Both the position numbers and the translations under genes were made by a program. A model generated the notes under the pieces. It made no database searches. It was given only the letters and a program-made list of their open reading frames with translations, and was not told the DNA's origin. Below are positions 11,001-24,070 of a stretch of 64,000 nt of DNA, in pieces. The DNA lies in contig NIVC01002631.1 of assembly GCA_002269645.1 (NCBI GenBank), positions 62,001-126,000 on the forward strand, read 5' to 3'. Numbering within the stretch: the first letter of the stretch is position 1; each line of letters opens with the position of its first letter. The DNA comes from Macrostomum lignano. Lineage: Eukaryota.

Positions 11001-14000
11001 ATCAAGGCTTCGGCATCCTTTAGTTGCTGCTCCTCTTGTCGCTGCTGCTGCTGGCGGAGCTGCCGATGCTGTCGCTGTTGCTCATTCAGCCGCACAATGT
11101 AGCCGTCTCCGTATCGCTGCCGCAGCCCGGCCAGGTACTCGCGCATGTTCTGCTGCCCCCCAGTGGGCGATGGAGCGGAGGCTGGACGGGTTGCCAGGGG
11201 GGAGGGGATCTTCCATTAGCAATAGAATACGGGATTTCAATCGAAATGGAAGTCCTTAACTCGAGTCCTTATCTTAACATTGATTACTGGGGTCCTCTTG
11301 ACCAAACTAACTGAGGTCCCGAGCTCAAATACTTAATCTAATCAGGCGCCACTAAATGAGTTCACAAACTTGAGTCCTCAATCTGAATACACTGGATCCC
11401 AACTTTAAATCCTTAACTTTTAAGACCTAAAGTCTTCAATTCGAATCAGTAATCTAAGACTTGAAGGTACCAGATTTGAATTCCCATTCTGTAGTGCCGA
11501 GGTCCCAAGTTCTAATCCATAATCTGAGACTTCAAAGTGCTGATCTTCTGATTAAAAAGTTAAACACGACCTCTAGCCCACATTTTTGAAAGTATAGCGG
11601 TTCGAATCCCAATCCAAGCTACGACCGTTAAAATTCGAATAGTCGCATGAAAATCTAAATTTTTCCAAGATTCGAACCCAAAACGAACCTTTCTTCTTGT
11701 TGGAGCCGATCTTCTGCCGCTGGCCCTGCTCGGCGGGTTCGTCAGCCGAAGACACGTCGGCCTCGCATTCGATGGTGAAGTTTCCAGGTGCCGGACAGCC
11801 GTCGCCTTCGCCTCGACCGCTGATGTCGCAGGAGTCGGCGAATCGGTCTTCGACTGGTCGATTATTGTCGTCGTCGGCATCGACGTGAACTAAAGCGACA
11901 GCGCAGGCCGGCGCCGTCGCAGTTGTCGTTGTCGAACCAATCGAGTTTGAGTCCGGCCATTCGTCCGCCGTTGAATAGCCAGCGTTGACGCTGCCTCTGG
12001 CCAGCTGCTGCTGCTGCTGCTGCCGTCGGTGAAGCTGACGGTGCTGAAACGAGTCATCGGCCGAGACGCTGCGCGGATAAGCCTTCATAACGTGGACGAG
12101 GTTGCGCACCTCACCGGAGGTCAGTCGGCGACCGTTGAGCACCAGGCGTTTGGGCTCCCGGCTGTTCAGCAGCGGCAGCAGCTGGGCGCGGTGGTCAGGC
12201 GCGGTCGCTGCCGGGTTGCCTCGAAGGTCCAGCTGAGAATGCAACGGCGGGCAGGGGCAGGTTGGAGCATCAGGCCCTAAACCGAAAATACCTAATTCCT
12301 ATAAACAGGATGTAAGTTCTTAAGCCTATGAATTTTATGATTTGCTGCAAACCCCTGAACCCTCAGGTTGGCTGAAGTCCCTGAACCCTAAGGTTGGCTG
12401 AAGTCCCTGAACCCTCAGGTTGGCTGAAACTCTCGAACCTTCAGGTAGACTGAAGTCTCTGAACCTTCAGGTTGGCTGAAATCCCTGAACCTTCAGGCTG
12501 GCTAATATGCCTGAACCTTAAGATTGACTATTAAACTCTAAACTTCAGGTTGGTTGAAACTCCGGACCTTTAGGTTGGCTAAAATCCCTGAACCATCAGG
12601 TTGGCTGCTGAAGTCCCTGAACCTTCAGGTTGGCTGAAACCCCTGAACCCTCAGGTTACCTGAAACCCCATGAATTATTTACGAGTGAACTCACACTCAA
12701 CAGTCGACTCAAGCGTCGCAGGTCCCCAATAAGAGCCAGATGGCAGATGACATTATTGCTAGCGTCCAGCACTTCCAATCGTCGCAGATCCTCCAGACCG
12801 ACCAGGCTTTCCAAGAAATTGTAGGCCAATCGGATTCGTCGAAGGTTGCGCAATGAGGCCAGGCTGGGCAGACGGTGCAGCCGGTTGAAGCTCAGGTTCA
12901 GGCTTTGCAGACTTTTCAGATGCTGGTCGAAAAGGGCGAGTGAGGAGAGAATACTTTACTAACTGTGCGCTTAGCGCCAGTATTTAAAGATGATTTCTAT
13001 AAATAAAAACAACAATTACCTGCAACTCGTCAACTCTGACAAGCTGATTATAGCTCAGATCTAAATGGGTCAGCGCCACCAGGTACCTCTGCAAGTTATT
13101 GCGAGTGAATAAAATACTGCTCTTCAGTTAGAAATTCGGCCAGACATTGTCTCTTCGCTCCACGCTCTCTACTCTCACCATCGCTCTCTACTCTCACCAA
13201 CGCTCTCTACTCTCAATCACGGTCTCTACTCTCACCCACGCTCTCTATTCTCACCAACGCTCTCTACTCTCACCATCGCTCTCTACTCTCACCCACGCTC
13301 TCTACTCTCACCATCGCTCTCTACTCTCACCATCGCTCACTAATCTAACCCACGCTCTCTACTCTCACCCACACTCTCTACTCTCACCATCGCTCTCTAC
13401 TCTCACCCACGCTCTCTACTCTCAATCAGGGTCTCTACTCTCAATCAGGGTCTCTACTCTCACCCACGCTCTCTACTCTCACCATCGCTCTCTACTCTCA
13501 TCCACGCTCTCTACTCTCAATCAGGGTCTCTACTCTCACCCACGCTCTCTACTCTCATCTACGCTCTCTACTCTCACCAACGCTCTCTACTCTCACCATC
13601 GCTCTCTACTCTCACCATCGCTCTTTACTCTCACCATCGCTCTCTACTCTCACCCACGCTCTCTACTCTCATCCACGCTCTCTACTCTCAATCAGGGTCT
13701 CTACTCTCACCCACGCTCTCTACTCTCATCTACGCTCTCTACTCTCACCAACGCTCTCTACTCTCACCATCGCTCTCTACTCTCACCATCGCTCTTTACT
13801 CTCACCATCGCTCTCTACTCTCATCCACGCTCTCTACTCTCAATCAGGGTCTCTACTCTTACCCACGCTCTCTACTCTCACCCACGCTCTCTACTCTCAT
13901 CCACGCTCTCTATTCTCACCAACGCTCTCTACTCTCACCATCGCTCTCTACTCTAACCCACGCTCTCTACTCTCATCCACGCTCTCTACTCTCAATCAGG

Positions 14001-17000
14001 GTCTCTACTCTCACCCACGCTCTCTACTCTCACCCACGCTCTCTACTCTCATCATCGCTCTCTACTCTCATCATCGCTCTCTACTCTCACCCACGCTCTC
14101 TACTCTCACCATCGCTCTCTACTCTCACCATCGCTCTCTACTCTCACCATCGCTCTCTACTCTCACCATCGCTCTCTACTCTCACCATCGCTCTCTACTC
14201 TCACCATCGCTCTCTACTCTCACCATCGCTCTCTACTCTCACCATCGCTCTCTACTCTCACCATCGCTCTCTACTCTCACCATCGCTCTCTACTCTCACC
14301 ATCGCTCTCTACTCTCACCCACGCTCTCTACTCTCACCATCGCTCTCTATTCTCACCAACGCTCTCTACTCTCACCAACGCTCTCTACTCTCACCATCGC
14401 TCTCTATTCTCCCCTACGCTCTCTATTCTCCCCCACGCTCTCTACTCTCACCCCAGCTTTCTTTTATCACCCACGCTCTCTACTCTCACCATCGCTCTCT
14501 ACTCTCACCATCGCTCTCTACTCTCATCCACGATCTCTACTCTCACCCAGGATCTCTACTCTCACTCCGGTTCTCTATTCTCCTCCACGCTCTCTACTCT
14601 CATCCACGCTCTCTATTCTCCCCCACGCTCTCTACTCTCACCCCGGCTTTCTTTTATCACCCACGCTCTCTACGCTTACCCTCTCTAAAATCCCGGCTCC
14701 CAACTCACCACAGACAGGTCCAAGTGCCGAAGCCGGCAGCCAGAGAAGCGCAGATGCCTTAGTCTCGGCCATTCAGCGCCAGTTGTTCTGTCGCCAGCGC
14801 ACAGCTCAATAACCGACTGGATGGCAAATATTAGTGACACAAGTTGTTGCATTTGATTAGCTTAGAAAGCGAAAAAATAGGAACACTAGAAGGGGGCGGA
14901 AGAACAGTAGGAGGGGGCGGAAGAACACTAAAAGGGGCGGAAGAACAGTGCGAGGGGGCGGAAGAACACTAAAAGGGGCGGAAGAACACTAAAATGGGGG
15001 CGGAAGAACACTAAAAGGGGCGGAAGAACACTAAAAGGGGCGGAAGAACACTAGAAGGGGCGGAAGAACACTAGAAGGGGCGGAAGAACACTAAAATGGG
15101 GGCGGAAGAACACTAGAAGGGGCGAAAGAACACTAGAAGGGGCGGAAGAACACTAGAAGGCGCGGAAGAACACTAAAATGGGGGCAGAAGAACACTAAAA
15201 TGGGGGTAGAAGAACACTAAAATGGGGGCGGAAGAACACTAAAATGGGGGCGGAAGAACACTAAAAGGGGTGGAAGAACACTAGAAGGGGCGGAAGAACA
15301 CTAGAAGGGGCGGAAGAACACTAAAATGGGGGCGGAAGAACACTAAAAGGGGTGGAAGAACACTAGAAGGGGCGGAAGAACACTGAAATGGGGGCGGAAG
15401 AACACTAAAAGGGGCGGAAGAACACTAAAAGGGGCGGAAGAACACTAGAAGGGGCGGAAGAACACTAGAAGGGGCGGAAGAACACTAAAATGGGGGCGGA
15501 AGAACACTAGAAGGGGCGAAAGAACACTAGAAGGGGCGGAAGAACACTAGAAGGCGCGGAAGAACACTAAAATGGGGGCAGAAGAACACTAAAATGGGGG
15601 CAGAAGAACACTAAAATGGGGGCGGAAGAACACTTAAATGGGAGCGGAAGAACACTAAAAGGGGTGGAAGAACACTAGAAGGGGCGGAAGAACACTAGAA
15701 GGGGCGGAAGAACACTAAAATGGGGGCGGTAGAACACTAAAAGGGGTGGAAGAACACTAGAAGGGGCGGAAGAACACTGAAATGGGGGCGGAAGAACACT
15801 AAAAGGGGTAGAAGAACACTAAAAGGGGTGGAAGAACTCTAGAAGGGGCGGAAGAACACTAAGAGGGGCGGAAGAAGAGTAAAATGGGGGCGGAAGAACA
15901 CTAGAAGGAGCGGAAGAACATTAAGAGGGGCGGAAGAACACTAAGAGGGGCGGAAGAAGAGTAAAATGGGGGCGGAAGAACACTAGAAGGGGTGGAAGAA
16001 CACTAGAAGGGGTGGAAGAACACTAGAAGGGGTGGAAGAACACTAGAAGGGGTGGAAGAACACTAGAAGGGGTGGAAGAACACTAGAAGGGGCGGAAGAA
16101 CACTAGAAGGGGCGGAAGAACACTAGAAGGGGTGGAAGAACACTAGAAGGGGTGGAAGAACACTAAAATGGGGGCGGAAGAACACTAAAAGGGGCGGAAG
16201 AAGAGTAAAATGGGGGCGGAAGAACACTAGAAGGGGCGGAAGAACACTAAAATAGGGGCGGAAGAACACTAAGAGGGGCGGAAGAAGAGTAAAATGGGGG
16301 CGGAAGATCAGTAAAGCGGGAGGAAGAGAACAAGTAAGACAGGCTCACCATGAGAGTAGCGGCGCAAGAATCCACATCCAAAGACCTGAGGGCATCCCGC
16401 CGCTCGCTGAGATTGAGCAGCAGATGCATTGGCACGGATTTCAGGCGCAATCGGACCAGCGAGTGAAACCGAGCCAAGTCCAACTGGCCCTCGATTGTGG
16501 CGTCGTTGTGGACCAGCTGCGAGTCAGTGCGAGATACGATTTTAAACACGAGCGTAAAAAGGACAAAAACTTCTAATACAATCGTTGGATCTAGTGGTAG
16601 TAGGTTAGTTAGGCATGCACTGACCTCGGTCTCAGCATTGGGAATGCTAAGGATTTTCAAGGGGAATCGGGAGAATTGGGAGATATTATCAAGGGGAATT
16701 GGAAGATATTATCAAGGGGAATTTGGAGATATTATCAAGGGGAATTTTGGGGATATTAACAAGGGAATTTGGAGATATTATCAAGGGGAATTTAGAGATA
16801 TTATCAAGGGGAATTTACAGATATTATCAAGGGGAATTGGAAGATATTATCAAGGGGAATTTTGAGATATTATCAAGGGGAATTAGAAGATATTATCAAG
16901 GGGAATTTTGAGATATTATCAAGGGGAATTAGAAGATATTATCAAGGGGAATTTTGAGATATTATCAAGGGGAATTAGAAGATATTATCAAGGGGAATTT

Positions 17001-17400
17001 TGAGATATTATCAAGGGGAATTAGAAGATATTATCAAGGGGAATTTTGAGATTGATTAAACAGCTACATGAAAAGAATATTAAATTAATAAAACAATTTC
17101 AACAGACCTCGAGATTTTCCGCTTTACCAATAGCAATCTCAACAATTTTGGCATGCTCAGTGGTAGACGCGCCCGTCGCAGTGAGGCCAGCAGGCTGAGC
17201 ATGATTAGCGGATGAGACCGACGACACGGACACGAATTCGTCATCCTCAGCATCAGCAAGAAGAAGCTGGGATTGGCGCGGTAGGCAGCGCAGGATGCGA
17301 GCGCAGACTGGCGTGTCCAGAACTAAGCAGCTGGACGGGCCCAGAGATGACGCTGCGTTTGCACAGGTTTGGGTAGGGGAGTTATGATCTCTTGCAGTGT
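8084..17400 (-). CDS. STK11IP: STK11-interacting protein (LIP1)-like leucine-rich-repeat protein, spliced; exons about 17400-17108, 16516-16349, 14816-14709, 13088-13020, 12922-12695, 12232-11689, 11181-9872, 9112-8084; 5' end unresolved
   Basis: GT-AG junctions with consistent phases give one frame: LELVHND..LDLARFHSLVRLRLKSVPMH, ELCAGD..EWPRLRHLRFS, LRRs (LTHLDLSYNQL, LQSLNLSFNRL, LRRLEVLDASNNVI), LDLRGNP..DHRAQLLPLL, and C-terminal CARCEHSF..CPSCGSEFIV. This matches the recalled motif order of STK11IP. Confidence 0.8.
9163..9808. repeat. 35-bp intronic minisatellite TGTACACAAGTGCCTGTTTGAGTAGGGACTGCTCA (about 18 near-identical copies)
   Basis: Head-to-tail units without spacers; fills intron 9113-9871. 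Confidence 0.95.
12351..12670. repeat. About 26-bp intronic minisatellite CCCTGAACCTTCAGGTTGGCTGAAGT (internal palindrome CCTGAA-CC-TTCAGG)
   Basis: About 12 degenerate copies in intron 12233-12694. Confidence 0.9.
13150..14690. repeat. 19-bp intronic minisatellite CTCTCTACTCTCACCATCG
   Basis: About 80 copies filling intron 13089-14708. Confidence 0.95.
14883..16310. repeat. 19-21-bp intronic minisatellite GGGGCGGAAGAACACTA(GAA/AAA)
   Basis: About 70 copies filling intron 14817-16348. Confidence 0.95.
16675..17052. repeat. 21-22-bp intronic minisatellite GAGATATTATCAAGGGGAATTT
   Basis: About 17 copies in intron 16517-17107. Confidence 0.95.
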
Positions 17401-19679
17401 AACTAGATTACTACTAGACCACTACTAGATTAAATTTTTGCTGCATGCCACTGTGAAGTGTGATCCAGAGACAGTAAGAAATGTTTGAGATCAGGTAGCT
17501 TGCGTGGCCAGAAGTTCCTTGGAGCATGAAATGCGCAATTGCCAGCCAACCCAGCCAATCTGGCTGGCATAAATTGTGGCAACTTGCAATTTTTCAATTA
17601 AAACTAAATCACATAGCCAGCGTGATTTCAGAGGTTGCGCAAGTATGACCAAAAAGGCGCCAGACCACCTTGGAAATTTGACTTGGGATAAAGTCAAGGA
17701 GTTATTCAACACCAATCCAATGACCTCTATCGCACAGGCAATTCCAATGTAAGCTGTAGCGCCATGTTGCCGGCCATCAAGAGTTCTAGAGTGTCTTTGC
17801 AATGAATTGAGTGCCCTGAATATCAATAGAAAAGCAGCTCAATTACAACACAAAGATTTTCTCTAACAAGAATACTTTTATCATCAACTCCAATGCATAC
17901 CTGGCAGGACACAGACAGGTAGCTAAATCATTTTGACAAAGCATTGAGTGTCATCAGTGTGTCAGGGAATGTCATACTTACAGTGTGGTTTCCTAAGGGT
18001 TACTGTCTCATTAGCACCGACTACCAATGTATGTTGGCAAACACATTGCTACCCCAGATTGTGGGGAAACTAATAATTAAACAAAAACATTTTCTAACAA
18101 AATGGCACTCTAGAGAGCACACATTAAACTTAGTCTAGACTTAGATGGTTAATTAACAAGGTGTGCCTATAGGACAAGTCATTGTTGCCTCCTCAAAGTC
18201 TAGACCTAAACACATTAAACAATGTCAATAGTGTGCAGGTAGTCCATTTGCTCAATTTGCTCTTAATAAATAAATAATAGTTGTGTATATGACATATAAA
18301 ACAATTACAAATTATTTAAGCAATAAGGTCTGTACTGTACTATCTGTACTATATGGAAATTCTTTATGAAGTCAGTTTAATATCTTAGTTGTATAACTAA
18401 AAACATATTATAGTTTCTTATTAGCCCCTAATAGCCTAATGTTTTTTCTCTATCCCAGTATATTATATCATATATTAGTTTCATAAAAAAAGTCAATCTA
18501 ATTTTCCCTAAAGCTTATATCATTAGATTAGAAATTTGCTAGATTAGTTGATTTGCAGTCTCATTTGATTAAAATATATAAATAAATAAAACACAAAGGC
18601 CATAGAACATCAGTTGATTCCTATATTTATACATTAATTAAGTTTGCTTTGTTCTGAATGAATTGTCTAAAATTGCTTTTTTAAAAACCTGTCGGGCTGA
18701 CTTTAAAAAAAAAGCTTTTAATTAATAGTCATTTTGATGATCTAGGGGGAGTGGTACTAATCTAAATCGAATGGTGCTGATCTAAGGGGGGACGATGCAA
18801 ACCTTGAAAGAGAATAAGCTACATTATAACTTTGATATTAATACTTTCAAGTTGGTTAATAAGAGATGTTCATGAGGTTGTTTATTACTGCAAATCATAT
18901 CTTATATTATTTTCTAATTTGGATATTATAAACAGTCACCAAAAATAAAGCGAAGCATTAAAAAACAAATTATTATATTAAAGATAAAACTTTAGTACTC
19001 AAGATTTTGATGTAAGATGCTTGATTTTCTAGTCAGTTCAGGCTTAATTGTACTACATATTAGAGTGATAATAACTGGTTTGATTGGTTTAATTTAACTT
19101 AATTGTATTTGTTTAATGAGTGGCTTTGATATATATAAACAATTCTAGTCTATAGTACTATGCCATAAATATATGCTGCTTCAATGTAACAATTCTATTT
19201 TTTAAATCTATATAAAAAACTATGTAAATATATTTTAAAAAATAAAAACACATTCTTTGCAAACCTAGACTTCCAACCACAATCCAAAAGATATATACAG
19301 TGTATGCCAGAATTTTATAGTGTGCATTCTAAAACCTAAGTGTAGGGTACCAGTTGTTTTAGTGACAAGTTTTTTCTTTGACAAACACATTTTACCTTTG
19401 GTAAAAAATGGAAGATTCTGTGACTAATAGTCATTTTAATGACAAGAGGCATTGCATAATATCAGTTTTTAGTTTTTAGTTCTTTTGTTAAGATTTATTT
19501 TTGGTGTATACTTGGAAAACTTGGTTGAAAGATTTAACATATATATTTGTATTTAGGAAATTTAGGAAATAAATCTAACTAATTCTTTTGTTTTATTTTT
19601 ATGTTGATTATTTTTTAATTTTCCTATTCAGACATATAAACAATAAACATATAGAAGATCCTCATCATAAAATACCAAT

Positions 19680-20026
19680 TACAACAACAACAACAACAAA
19701 ATACACTGTCAGGATGGCAAAAGTCAGCATCACAGGGTGCACTTCATGGCTTGGGTGTGAACAAAGGCCACACCACTGGCAGTGTCTGGGGCACTGGCAT
19801 CAGCCAGTCGATGTAACACCAAGTTTGCACTTGACCTCGCTGGTAGGGTGCCTGCAGCATGAGCAGCAGCACCTCCTGCACCGGCTGTGGGCAGTACAAC
19901 TCGGCGCAGATGAGATGGCCTGCAAGCTGGAGTTGCCAATGGTGCAGTAGATCACTTGGACGTGGCAGGCCAGCGTGGCAATAGAGTGCTACATTGGTGA
20001 CTTGCTTGACACCAATGTTGAAGGCG
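19680..20026 (-). mobile_element. 5'-truncated non-LTR retrotransposon (LINE) 3' end, CpG-decayed copy
   Basis: Inverted homologue of 61071-61418; ends in a (TTG)n tail. Encodes a degraded RT-ORF C-terminus (LQLAGHLI.AE.YCPQPVQEVLLL). Confidence 0.75.
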
Positions 20027-20820
20027 AGCAAATTACAAGAAAAGCAAAAAGAAATATTTAAAAGATTGCAACTCTGTAATAGTAAATAAACAAAAAAATA
20101 AAAAGAATAATACTTACTAATTTAGAAAACATCTGAAATTTTAAGTTTCATAGTACTTATAATTGGCAAGATAATTTTTTTTGTAACCACAAAGGCTTAC
20201 CACTAAACATCTTTTTTTATCACCAAGATGACTTTTGCTTATCACCAAAAAAATTGTCACCAAAATGTCTTGTTACTAAAATGACTATAATAATCTTTAG
20301 TGTACATGGTATAAAAATAAAAAAAATAGTTGTGAGCATGCACAATTGCTATATAATATATATCACAGTGTGCCAGTATACATTCATACATATATGCACG
20401 ACAGTTGGCTGAGTTGGCTGATCAGGCTGACCAAATTGGCAGCCAACTAAGGTATGTTGCTAAAATTCCCACTCAAATAAATACCAAAATAGTGCTAAGT
20501 AGATAATGAGGCATTTTGCTTTAATAAGACAGTCATAATTACTCTTGTTGTTTACCCAAAGTTGCATTAATTTTGCTGCTTTAGGGTTTCTTTTATATGT
20601 AATTTGAATTTTTGGCCATGTACCATGGCCATTTATAATGGCATAGCAGTACCATGCATTTATAAATTTTTTCAACACATTCTGGTATGCATTTAGCATG
20701 ATCTATTCTAGACTATATGCTTCCAACTTGCTTCTGTATCAAACTGTCTTGGCCCCAGAATATTAAGGGGTCTAGGAATTTTGCACCAAAATGCCTAGCA
20801 CTAAAAGTGTCTGGCTACCC

Positions 20821-21499
20821 TAAATTAGACCAATTGTTTTAGATACTAGAAATATAAATGGACTCAATAGAGACCAAAATATTATATGAATTAACATTAT
20901 TAAAAATTAGAATACTTAGATTATTTATAAACAACTAGTAGTAATACTAGGCCTATTGAATAAATTTATTAAAAACATTAATAAAAATAATAACTCTTAG
21001 CTTAATTTAAAAAGCATTTAGCAAGTTGGATTAAAAGATCTTTTTCTGAAAATTTCATATGTTGGCTGCTACTTAAAGATTCCATTATTTTAATAGTTGA
21101 CAATTCTTTGAATGGGATTTTTTGATGTGAATACCACCAAGATTGCCACACATTAGCCCCCAAATAGACCAATTGTTTTGGATATTAAGAAGTATAATTA
21201 GATACAATAAAGACAAAAATATTGTCATTAGCATTGCTAAAAATCTTAGGCCTAATGCTTATTTATAGATAATTATCTAATAGTAATTCTAGGCCTATTG
21301 AATAATTATTAAAAACATTATTAAAAATAAAAGCTCTTAGTCTTACCATTTTTTGTGAAGCATTTAGCAAGTTGGATTAAAAGATCTTCTTCTGAACATT
21401 TTACATGTTGGCTGCTACTTGAAGAGCCCATTATTTCAATAGTTACCAATTCTTTAAATGGGATATTTGATTTGAATACCACTAAGACTGCCACACATT
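20821..21499. repeat. Diverged direct tandem duplication of about 340 bp (20821-21154 / 21161-21499)
   Basis: Shared blocks TAGACCAATTGTTTT, CTAGGCCTATTGAATAA, AAGCATTTAGCAAGTTGGATTAAAAGATCTT, ATGTTGGCTGCTACTT and TGCCACACATT in the same order. Confidence 0.85.
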
Positions 21500-24070
21500 T
21501 GAACTACTACACATGTGAGAGGAGGCCGGTAGGATTGTAGAAATTCAGCTCAACCTTTTATGTTAATTTTCAATAGGTTTTATAGTACCATACAGAATAG
21601 ACAAACTACAAACAATATAATTTTATATCTCAAAAAGCATTAAAGCTTAGGCATTAATTAGTTGAAACAAAAGCGTAGACAAAATATAATTGACTTTTCG
21701 GTGCCGCTGCTGTTTTTTAGACAATCGGATAAATCAGCTATTAACTTTGACTTAAAATTTAAATTCCAGCCAGTCAAGGTTTCATTTCATGTTAGTTGAA
21801 TGTGTTGGCCGTCAATTCAGTGGGGCTATAAGCTCTATATAGTCGCTGTTAATATTAATTACAATGGAATATTAAAAACGACAGATATTTTTACTCTCAA
21901 GAAGAAAAATTAAAGTTATATATCGCGCAGGCATAGTTTCAAAGAACGCGATTGCAATTAAAAATTACAAAAATTATTCTTTAAAATAAACAAATCTGTA
22001 TTTATTTATATCTATTTATATTTATTTATGTCTGTATCTGTACCTATTACTAATTTCAAAAAGAAAGTCGGACATCTATCAAGTTGGTTTTACTTGCTTT
22101 AGTCGTTCCTAACACTATTCCATTTCGGCCTTCTATTCTATTTTCTATTTTAAAATAATGAGGACGTATTTCTTGGTTAAGTTCTAACATCAGTATCGAC
22201 GTAACCCAAAGACTAGTAGAATGAAACTTTGGACCTGCGGGGGCTCGAGGATTGTAAGAAGTTTGAATAATTCGACGATCTACAGCTTTACCATCGTTAT
22301 ATGCGAGCTCACACCCATTGGCCTTCTACATGTATTTGCTAGCTGGTTGACTTGTGCGACGAAGAACCACACGAACTAATTTTTGAAGAAATACAGAGGA
22401 CTTAAGTTAAGTAGGATGAGAAATAGGTATTTCCTTGGTTTTTCGAGGCCCATTTCCGATCAATAAAATTCATAGCAATTGATCGATCAAGTTGCAATGT
22501 TTTTTAAAATGTACATGTACCTTATTTCTATTGGTTTCAAAATAATTCCAAAAAATTAAATATAAGAATTTTAATTTATTTTTATGGATTGTATGATAGT
22601 ATTTACTTTTGAAACAAAAATACATGCATATACAAATGGTAGGCTGTGATTCGCAAAAGCTTTATAGCAGAGTCTATAATAATATTCATCATTAAAAATT
22701 AAGTCATGTACACAAATACGATAGCGCTTTTGAAAACGTCTGTAGTCTAGTAGACAGATCTTAATTAAGTGGGTTCACAGTTATGTAAACTGATGCGCTA
22801 TAGTTGAATGGAATTATAGAAAGTCAGAGTTAACAAGCGCGTATTGGGGATCAAGAATAAATGTAACTTCCTGCAGACTTCCTGCGCATATAAATGAACA
22901 AATCATTTCAACTGTTCTTTTTCTTCAAAAAACGAGTAAATTAGAAGTGCTGTCTACAGCATACTTCAAAAAACTCAGCCGAGTGTGAAAGTTTGAGAAA
23001 TTTGTGAAACTCAAACTTCACACGGCCGATATGCGACATTGGTTCTTGGTAGTCGCGACAAAAATTACTGACGACTGAGATCTTTTGAATGGCCTTGCGG
23101 GGCCCTTTGTTTGATGCTGCCACGTGTTTTTTCTGCTTCTTTTCCCACGTTTTTGCTCTTTTCTTCTTTCTCAGAATCTCCTTTTCCTTCCTTTCCCATC
23201 TTTTCTTCCATTCTTTTTTTCCGGTCCCTAGTTCGACTTATTTTGGATTGGGCGTTTTTGCGACTTACGTTGGGTCAGGCCTGCCTCTACTAGACATACC
23301 TGGGCGGGTGTTGGGCATGCATGGTCTAATTCTAATGATATAATCGCTAAGCTAATGAGCTAATAAAAGACCAAGGGACACAATTATGCAAAAAATACTT
23401 GAAGGCCCAATTCTGTACATGCCCATTCGCCCCGTTTCTATAGTCTTTGAAAGCTTAATATTTCAAAATTTAAATAGGCAAACGTGTAAACAAGACGCAT
23501 AAATACAAGGACTGCTCAAGTAAAAGGACGGGAAACTATGTTTCTTGGAAATAGTTACTCGTAGGACCGTTTTTGCCAAAAAAATGCATTACAGGAAAAG
23601 ATAAAAATTGGATCTGCCTCCTAGCAAAAAAAATTACATATTTTGTGTTGAAAAATGAAAACCTCCATTTCCCATAATGTATTTTTTTTCGGTAAAACCT
23701 GCCTCCTGTAAAGTTCCAATTGAAAGGTAGTTGGCCGCCGCCGCCCGTCCTACTTTTAAAGCAGTAATTACTAATTGGCATAAATATTGAAGTTCAGAGT
23801 ATAAGAAATTGTTAGTTGGGGTAAGGAAACTGAAATTTTATAATGTCAACAATACATTTTCAGTCGCGCTTAGGTCTTCAAATGAATTTATTCGTATGTT
23901 ATTTTTTGAAGGTGTTACACACGTATTTTCACTAGCAAGTGGTAATTGCTCAGAACAGTCAAACAAGAACAGATGATACCAAATGCTCCAACTTCTACAT
24001 AGATCCTGAGTAAAGATTATAAGATAATCAGAGCCTCACGAGCTGGGTCCAGAGTGCAGATCGGCTCCCA

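Noticed and set aside
17880-18265. Stop-riddled Cys-rich frame resembling a piggyBac-like transposase C-terminus
   Set aside because: Too degraded to support by eye; it needs a profile search after restoring C>T changes.
22941-23343. Short ORFs in the purine/pyrimidine-skewed segment
   Set aside because: Low complexity, no splice or domain support.
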